Shown here one piece after another: positions 58,125 through 64,000 of a stretch of 64,000 bases of DNA. The stretch is taken from assembly GCA_963667175.2 (NCBI GenBank), contig CAXXXF010000003.1:32001-96000 (forward strand), written 5' to 3'. The notes under the pieces are model-generated. The model did no database searches. It was not told the DNA's origin and saw only the letters and a list, made by a program, of their open reading frames with translations. Positions within the stretch are counted from its first letter, which is position 1, and every line of letters starts with the position of its first letter. Both the position numbers and the translations under genes were made by a program. The stretch comes from Candidatus Latescibacterota bacterium. Its GTDB lineage: Bacteria; Latescibacterota; UBA2968; GCA-2709665.

Positions 58125-59111
58125 CTATTCCATCGGAAATTTCAGGCCTATCTGATCGCGGATCGTGTCCATCGTTCCCATGATCGCGACGGATTCGTCC
58201 AGTGGAATTTCGTCGCTTTCGAGTTTCCCTTCCCGCAGATAGCGTCCCACCGCTTCCGCCTGGCAATTGTACCCATTCCCGTCGAAGGGGCGTTCAACCG
58301 TCGTCTCCTCGCCGCCTCTCACGAGCGTCGCGGTCGTACCGCGCCAGAACGGCGGATGGATGCGAATCATCCCTTCGGTACCCATGACGTGAGCCCAGTG
58401 GGACGTGCCGCACTGGATCGACGTATACAGAATGGCCATTTCTCCCCCGTCGTATCCGAGCATCATCCCCGCCTGCTCGTCCACCTTCAGATCGCCGACG
58501 TGGGCCATGCCCGCCACGCGCGACGGCCCGCGCCGGAACACCATGGACGCGAACGACAGCGAATAGATGCCTACGTCCATCAGCGCCCCGCCGCCAAGAG
58601 CCGGGTCATAGAGGCGTGACTTCGTGCTGCCGGGACGCGACCCGAACCCGAAGTCCGCCGCAACCATCCGGACGTCACCGATCGCGCCGTCCCGCAGCCA
58701 TTGCCGAACCTTGTACATGATCGGCAGGAAGCGGGTCCACATGGCCTCCATCAGAAAGACGCCTTCCTCGCGCGCAACGGCAACGAGATCCGCGGCTTCC
58801 GGTCGATTGATGGTGAAGGGCTTCTCGCACAAGACCGCCTTCCCCGCCTTGAGACAAAGGACGCTGTTCTCCTTGTGGAACGTATGCGGTGTGGCAACGT
58901 AAATGACGTCCACGTCCGGGTCGTTCGCCAGGGCCTCGTAGCTCGGGCGCCTCCGCGAAATGCCGAATTCGTCACCGAACGCATCCGCCGCCGCCTGAGT
59001 CCGCGAACCCACGGCGACCGGTTCCGCGTCGGGAACCGCCTCCAGGCCCTTCACGAACGACCTCGCAATGGCCCCCGTGCTCAGGATACCCCATCGGATC
59101 CTATCGCCCAT
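58125..59111 (-). CDS. Gfo/Idh/MocA oxidoreductase (dihydrodiol/xylose dehydrogenase-like)
   Basis: WGILSTG.IA, ATPH, CEKP, MEAMWTRF, GGGALMD.GIY. Confidence 0.92.
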   Translation of the reverse strand: MGDRIRWGILSTGAIARSFVKGLEAVPDAEPVAVGSRTQAAADAFGDEFGISRRRPSYEALANDPDVDVIYVATPHTFHKENSVLCLKAGKAVLCEKPFTINRPEAADLVAVAREEGVFLMEAMWTRFLPIMYKVRQWLRDGAIGDVRMVAADFGFGSRPGSTKSRLYDPALGGGALMDVGIYSLSFASMVFRRGPSRVAGMAHVGDLKVDEQAGMMLGYDGGEMAILYTSIQCGTSHWAHVMGTEGMIRIHPPFWRGTTATLVRGGEETTVERPFDGNGYNCQAEAVGRYLREGKLESDEIPLDESVAIMGTMDTIRDQIGLKFPME

Positions 59112-59170
59112 CTCCTTTTCCTCTCTGTGACTTCCGCGCTCAACGGGCGCGGACGTTTCGACGCGACCGA

Positions 59171-61027
59171 TTACGCGCCGGCGTTGCGGGAAGTTCCGCC
59201 TTCGCCCGCGCAGAGCACGCTTGGCGACAGCGCCTCCAGTTGCGCCAGCGGCTCTTCCAGGCTGCGGATCGCCTGCACCCAGAAGTCCGGCTGTTCGAGG
59301 TCGCTGCCGATGCTGCGTCTGGCCACGTTCTCGGCATTGTCGCTCCCCGTTAACCGAAGGAACCTCTCGTACCGGGGCAGGAAGTCCGGACCCTCCTTCT
59401 TGAACATGGCAAAGAGTCCGCGGCTCAGCAGATAGCCGAACGTATACGGGAAATTGTAAAACGTGACTCCCGTGATATAGAAATGGAGCTTGGAAGCCCA
59501 GAACCAGGGGTCCTCTTCCCCCTCCTGAAGCACGTCGCCGAACACACCGCGCTGCTTCTCGGTCATCAGCGCCTTCAACCGGGATACGCTCAGTTCGCCG
59601 CTGCCGCGCTCTTCGTAGAGCGCCTCTTCGAACTGGAACCGCACCGGGATGTCAATCAGATAGGCGCCCGCGTGTCCCACCTCCGAGTCGAGAACCACGG
59701 CTTTCCGGAGGTCGTCCGCATCCGGGTCCGAAAGGACGCCGTCGGCCAGAATCATCTCCGCGAACGTCGAGGCCGACTCAGCCAGCGTCATCGGATAATG
59801 CCGTGCGAAGGGCCGTAAATCGCGCATCACGTGGCTGTGAAACGCGTGCCCGGCCTCGTGCGCGAGCGTCAGGGCGTCGCCCATGGTGTTGTTATACGTC
59901 ATGAATATCCGCGACTCGGAGATCATCGTCGATCCCGTGCAGAAACCCCCGGGCCGTTTGCCGGCGCGCGGCTCGTAGTCGATCCACCGCCTGTCGTACA
60001 TGTCCTGCGTGAACCTTCCCAGGGCCGGATACGCCCTGGCGAAGGCGCCCTGCACCAGGGCTGTCCCGCCATCCCAATCCATCGGCGACACATCGGAAAA
60101 GGGCAACGGCGCGCCGAGGTCATACCAGGCCACCTTGTCCACGCCCATCGCCTTCGCCCGGAAACGCTGGATCCGTCGCCCCACCTCGATTTCGGAAAAT
60201 ATCGCTTCGAACATCGCATCCAGCGTCTTCCGCGTGATGGCGGACTGGAACAGGGCGACCTCCAGAAAATGCGGCACCTCGCGATAGCGGTTCATAGTCA
60301 GCCGCGTTCCCGAGATCGCGTTCAATGCCGCAGCCGTGACGTCTTCCACGCTTTCCCACGCGGCATTGCCCCTCTCGAACGCGGCCCGCCTGACCCGACG
60401 GTCCGGATTCTCCATCAGCGACCGCCGCTGCGAAATGGGTACCATGTCTTCGCGACCATCGGGGAACCGCATCCGGAACTCCAGCTTTCCGGACAGGGTA
60501 TCGTAAAGCCGGCCCCACGCCGAGATACCGTCCACTCTCAGGTCCGCCGCAAGCGCCTCGCGCGCCGAATCCATCGTGTACCGCGCCTCGCGCCGCATCC
60601 GTCCCAGATAATATCCGGCGTCCGCCAGCGACTCCCGGCCCGCGAGCGCTTCGAAGCCTTCGTCGGACGCCGTCTTCAATCCCCTCAGCAACTCCGTCTG
60701 AAGCTTGGACGCCTCGGCGTACTTCAGCGTCAACGCGGCTTCCTCCTTCAGATACGCCTCGTTTCGCGCGTCGGCGGCCGTCAGACATCCCACGTAGGAG
60801 GCCAGATGACGCAGCCTGGCGAACAGGTCCTCGCTGCGGACGAAGACGTCCTCCCAGATTTCTACGTTGCCCTCGTCCAACGGCTCGAGCGCCCTCGCCG
60901 TATCCAGCAGGTCCTGCGTATCCGAATCCATGTCTTTCTTGAACCGGACCATCCCGGCCCCGTTGAACGCCGGGAAATAGCTTGTCAGATCCCAGTTCAT
61001 CCCCGCTTCCACAGCCGTCTCCGCCAT
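59171..61027 (-). CDS. M3B oligoendopeptidase F family protein
   Basis: WDL..F, KRPGGFC, HEAGH, LAESAS, FYNFPY.FG. Confidence 0.92.
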   Translation of the reverse strand: MAETAVEAGMNWDLTSYFPAFNGAGMVRFKKDMDSDTQDLLDTARALEPLDEGNVEIWEDVFVRSEDLFARLRHLASYVGCLTAADARNEAYLKEEAALTLKYAEASKLQTELLRGLKTASDEGFEALAGRESLADAGYYLGRMRREARYTMDSAREALAADLRVDGISAWGRLYDTLSGKLEFRMRFPDGREDMVPISQRRSLMENPDRRVRRAAFERGNAAWESVEDVTAAALNAISGTRLTMNRYREVPHFLEVALFQSAITRKTLDAMFEAIFSEIEVGRRIQRFRAKAMGVDKVAWYDLGAPLPFSDVSPMDWDGGTALVQGAFARAYPALGRFTQDMYDRRWIDYEPRAGKRPGGFCTGSTMISESRIFMTYNNTMGDALTLAHEAGHAFHSHVMRDLRPFARHYPMTLAESASTFAEMILADGVLSDPDADDLRKAVVLDSEVGHAGAYLIDIPVRFQFEEALYEERGSGELSVSRLKALMTEKQRGVFGDVLQEGEEDPWFWASKLHFYITGVTFYNFPYTFGYLLSRGLFAMFKKEGPDFLPRYERFLRLTGSDNAENVARRSIGSDLEQPDFWVQAIRSLEEPLAQLEALSPSVLCAGEGGTSRNAGA

Positions 61028-61038
61028 ACCTTCCTTCC

Positions 61039-62175
61039 TCAAGTGTTGAGTTCCACGCCCAGAATCCTTGCTGCGGTCCCCCCCATGATCATCTTCAGGT
61101 CGTCCTCGCCCAGAAACGCGCAGTACTTCTCAATCCACCGCCTGGACTGCCGGTACGTACAGAACCGGTTCTGAAACGGCATGTCCGTGCCCCAATTCAG
61201 GTGATCGGCGCCCACGTGCTCAACCATTGACTCCAACACCGGCCAGACCTCGCGGTAGGGAAAGTCGAACCAGTCACCGATGCGGACCGGAAAGCAGACT
61301 TCCAGATTACAGTTGGGGTTTTCGAACGGCAACCAGACGTCGGGCGGCATGGGCATGAAAGCGTCGTCCGCGACGAACGCGCGCCATGGAAATCCGTGGG
61401 TCAGGTTGACCACCACGTCCGGGTACCGTTCCATCCAGCGGATCAACGTCTTCTGTTCGTCCAGGTAGCCCTGGCGGGCGCCGTCCGGCGTCATCCGCCG
61501 CGTCACGTCGCCCGGCCCGGATCCCAGCGTAACGAAGATCGGCACGTTCAACGACGTCGCCGCGTCCCAGAACGGGTGACAGGACGGCGCGTCCCACGGC
61601 TCGGTGCCGCCGAAATAAGCCGGCCGGGCATTGAACTTGATCGCGTGGAGGCCATGCACCTCAATGGCCGTCCGGAGCTCCTCGATGACCGCATCCGTTT
61701 CGGTTCGGATGCGCCACTCGTCCACCGGCGCCATGGACCGGAGCCGGTCCGGGTACTGACGCACGCAGTCGGCAAGGAATTCGCTGTTGCGGGTCAACAT
61801 CGGGTTCGTGTGGATGAGCGCCATGTCCACGTCCGCGTAGTCCATCTCCGCGATCAGGCTGTGCGGCGTGTACTCCAGGTTCCGCAAATTGGGCGGATAG
61901 AATTGTTTCGTATAATCCTCTCCGTCTTTGGTCCAGACCACGCGCCCCTTCTGTCGGTCCACGCGGAAGTCCACGTCGGGCAGGTCTCGCCAGGACTCGT
62001 AATCCTGCGGGATCAGTCCGTCCGAAGTCGCCGGCGCCCGGTCCCGCACGCGCCAGGCCGGCTGGTGGTGCAGTCCCTGGGCCTCCTGGACCCATTTCAG
62101 GTGCGCCGCGCTGTTTTCGAACCCGGCCGGATCGTCCCCCGGCTCGAAACAATACGCGTGGGAATCGAATATCAT
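61039..62175 (-). CDS. amidohydrolase_2 family protein
   Basis: DSHAY, WGTDMP, MGGTAAR. Confidence 0.85.
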   Translation of the reverse strand: MIFDSHAYCFEPGDDPAGFENSAAHLKWVQEAQGLHHQPAWRVRDRAPATSDGLIPQDYESWRDLPDVDFRVDRQKGRVVWTKDGEDYTKQFYPPNLRNLEYTPHSLIAEMDYADVDMALIHTNPMLTRNSEFLADCVRQYPDRLRSMAPVDEWRIRTETDAVIEELRTAIEVHGLHAIKFNARPAYFGGTEPWDAPSCHPFWDAATSLNVPIFVTLGSGPGDVTRRMTPDGARQGYLDEQKTLIRWMERYPDVVVNLTHGFPWRAFVADDAFMPMPPDVWLPFENPNCNLEVCFPVRIGDWFDFPYREVWPVLESMVEHVGADHLNWGTDMPFQNRFCTYRQSRRWIEKYCAFLGEDDLKMIMGGTAARILGVELNT

Positions 62176-62188
62176 CTTGCAATCCTTG

Positions 62189-62989
62189 TTACGCCGCGAC
62201 CTGTTCGGGCATCATTGCGCCTTCACCGAAGATCATCGAGAACGACGACTTTCGACTGGACCGGGTCCGCGCGTCGATATAACAGGCGCTGAAGGCCCGC
62301 CGGGGAACGTCCATCCGGTTCACCCCGGACCTGTGCAGCAGCCAGTTGTGAAGAATCACCACGTCCCCCGCGTCCATCGTCAGGTCCACGATCGTGTCTT
62401 CAGGACACCATTTCTGCTCATGTTCGTCCGAGATCGTGTGTCCCTGCTCGCTGAGAATGCCCAACTGGTGGGACCCAGGCGCCACCTGCACACATCCGTT
62501 CTCCGGTGTGGCCGAGTCCAGCGCCGTCCAGACCGTGACCAGCGGATCCCGGTCCACGCACCACGAACTCCCGCCGTCCTGATGCCAGGGCAGGTCGGAG
62601 CCCTGCTGCGCGGGCTTGTTCATGAACATCGCCCTGAAACAGGCGATCGACGCGTGCGCTCCGTAAATATACGCGCAGATTTCCTTGAAAACCGGCTTCT
62701 GCATATACGCCAGAAACAGGGGATCGAACTCCAGTCCCTGAATTTTTCGGTAATTCAGACTCGCCCCCTGGTGACCGATTCCGCCGCCCCGTACCTCTTC
62801 GTACCGGTTTGTGTTCGCATCGATCTGCATGGTCAACCGGCCGTAGTCCAGCAACGCCTGTCCAAGCATAATCTCATCGATTCGCCGCTGCAGTCCGGCC
62901 AGTTCCTCTTCGCCGCACTGGCTGCCGATTTTCACGAAACCGTCCCGGTGGTAATCGCTCCACTGGTCCTGCGAAATGATCCGCTGCAT
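62189..62989 (-). CDS. phytanoyl-CoA dioxygenase (PhyH) family Fe(II)/2OG oxygenase
   Basis: WHQD, W.ALD..ENGC..PGSH, H.SG.N..RR; GGAG RBS. Confidence 0.9.
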   Translation of the reverse strand: MQRIISQDQWSDYHRDGFVKIGSQCGEEELAGLQRRIDEIMLGQALLDYGRLTMQIDANTNRYEEVRGGGIGHQGASLNYRKIQGLEFDPLFLAYMQKPVFKEICAYIYGAHASIACFRAMFMNKPAQQGSDLPWHQDGGSSWCVDRDPLVTVWTALDSATPENGCVQVAPGSHQLGILSEQGHTISDEHEQKWCPEDTIVDLTMDAGDVVILHNWLLHRSGVNRMDVPRRAFSACYIDARTRSSRKSSFSMIFGEGAMMPEQVAA

Positions 62990-63062
62990 AGGGTAATCTC
63001 CCGTTTTCGATGGAATTGACGGCGTGTGCTCCTGCAGTTGGTCCGGTTCGGGACGTCCATTG

Positions 63063-64000
63063 TCACAACGAGGATGCCAGCCGGTCGCGTACGACCCGCT
63101 TCCGGATTTTGCCGACCGACGTCCTCGGCAGCGCATCCACGAACGCGATCCGGTCCGGGACCTTGAACGCCGCGAGCCGCTTGGCGCAATACGACTGTAT
63201 GGTTCCCTCGCTCTCATTCGCGCCAGGTTTCAACACGACGGCCGCGACGACGCGTTCGTCGAGAATCTCGTCAGGAACGCCCACCACACAGACGTCCGCC
63301 ACGCCCTCGCACTCCTGAATCACACCCTCCACTTCGATGCTGGAGATATTCTCTCCGGATCGCCTGATCAGATCCTTTTCCCGGTCCAAAAAATACAGAA
63401 ACCCGTCTTCATCCGCACGTACCGTATCTCCTGAATACAGCCAGGCGCCGTCAGGGTGGCAACGCAGGGTCTCCGCGGTCGCTTCCGGACTCTTCAGGTA
63501 ACCCAGCATGACCGTTCGTCCCGGAATCCCCTGTACGATCAACTCACCCGGCGTGCCCGCCTCCACGTCCTCACCCTGTCCGTCCACCACTTTCACACGG
63601 TAACCGGGCGCCGGCTTTCCCATTGCCGTAAGGTTTCGTCTCCCCGTCAACGGACTCATCACCGGGAGCCCGCACGTCTCCGTCATCCCCCACAACTGCT
63701 GCAGCGGCGCCCTGAACCGCCGATGCCAGGCTTTGTACTGACTCGATGTGAGATTCTGGGCGAACGTGACGTTCCGGATCCCGTGCGCCGCGTCGGTCTT
63801 CCGCTCCGGCTGGTTCAGCAGCATCCGCAGCAAGGCGCCGAACAGGGCGGCCATGGTGCAGCCGTATTCGATCGCCTGTTCGAAGAAACGGCCTGCGCTG
63901 AACCGGGGCATTACCGCCACGCTCGCGCCGGTCACCAGGGAAGGCCACAGCGCGTGGCATTGCGCGCCGGCATGAAAGAGCGGAAGCACTACCAGGTGAC
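63063..64000 (-). CDS. AMP-binding acyl-CoA ligase (CaiC-like), 5'-truncated by window edge
   Basis: LPLFH, FSAGRF, WGMTE, SGD, DREKD.I..SGENIS, PRTSVGK. Confidence 0.9.
   Translation of the reverse strand, partial: HLVVLPLFHAGAQCHALWPSLVTGASVAVMPRFSAGRFFEQAIEYGCTMAALFGALLRMLLNQPERKTDAAHGIRNVTFAQNLTSSQYKAWHRRFRAPLQQLWGMTETCGLPVMSPLTGRRNLTAMGKPAPGYRVKVVDGQGEDVEAGTPGELIVQGIPGRTVMLGYLKSPEATAETLRCHPDGAWLYSGDTVRADEDGFLYFLDREKDLIRRSGENISSIEVEGVIQECEGVADVCVVGVPDEILDERVVAAVVLKPGANESEGTIQSYCAKRLAAFKVPDRIAFVDALPRTSVGKIRKRVVRDRLASSL

Overview
High-GC bacterial chromosomal segment. The gene mix (heparinase II/III-like lyases, many Gfo/Idh/MocA and aldo/keto reductases, PhyH dioxygenase, sulfotransferase, dispersed palindromic repeats) resembles marine or sponge-associated Latescibacterota/Gemmatimonadota/Poribacteria-type genomes; this taxonomy is inference only. 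Layout: (1) 1-9.6 kb, glycan/sugar-acid catabolism; (2) ~9.8-14.9 kb, AT-richer defence islet (NucS-like nuclease with a nonsense codon, PtuA-like ABC ATPase + HNH nuclease, orphan adenine methylase); (3) 15-29 kb, plus-strand metabolic run including nadE and a PurO-type IMP cyclohydrolase; (4) 30.4-51.7 kb, long all-minus-strand array of small-molecule modifying enzymes and intact or decayed toxin-antitoxin modules, including rtcB bracketed by a 62-bp direct repeat and a 162-bp MITE inside a toxin gene; (5) 51.7-56.7 kb, the best candidate for a new system: a two-gene operon with its own promoter encoding a receiver domain fused to an intact glutamate dehydrogenase plus a membrane hybrid kinase with an Hpt domain, i.e. 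a predicted phosphorelay whose output is GDH; (6) 57-64 kb, housekeeping/catabolic enzymes. No rRNA, tRNA, CRISPR array, integrase or transposase was recognised. All family calls come from motif recognition by eye, not database searches.
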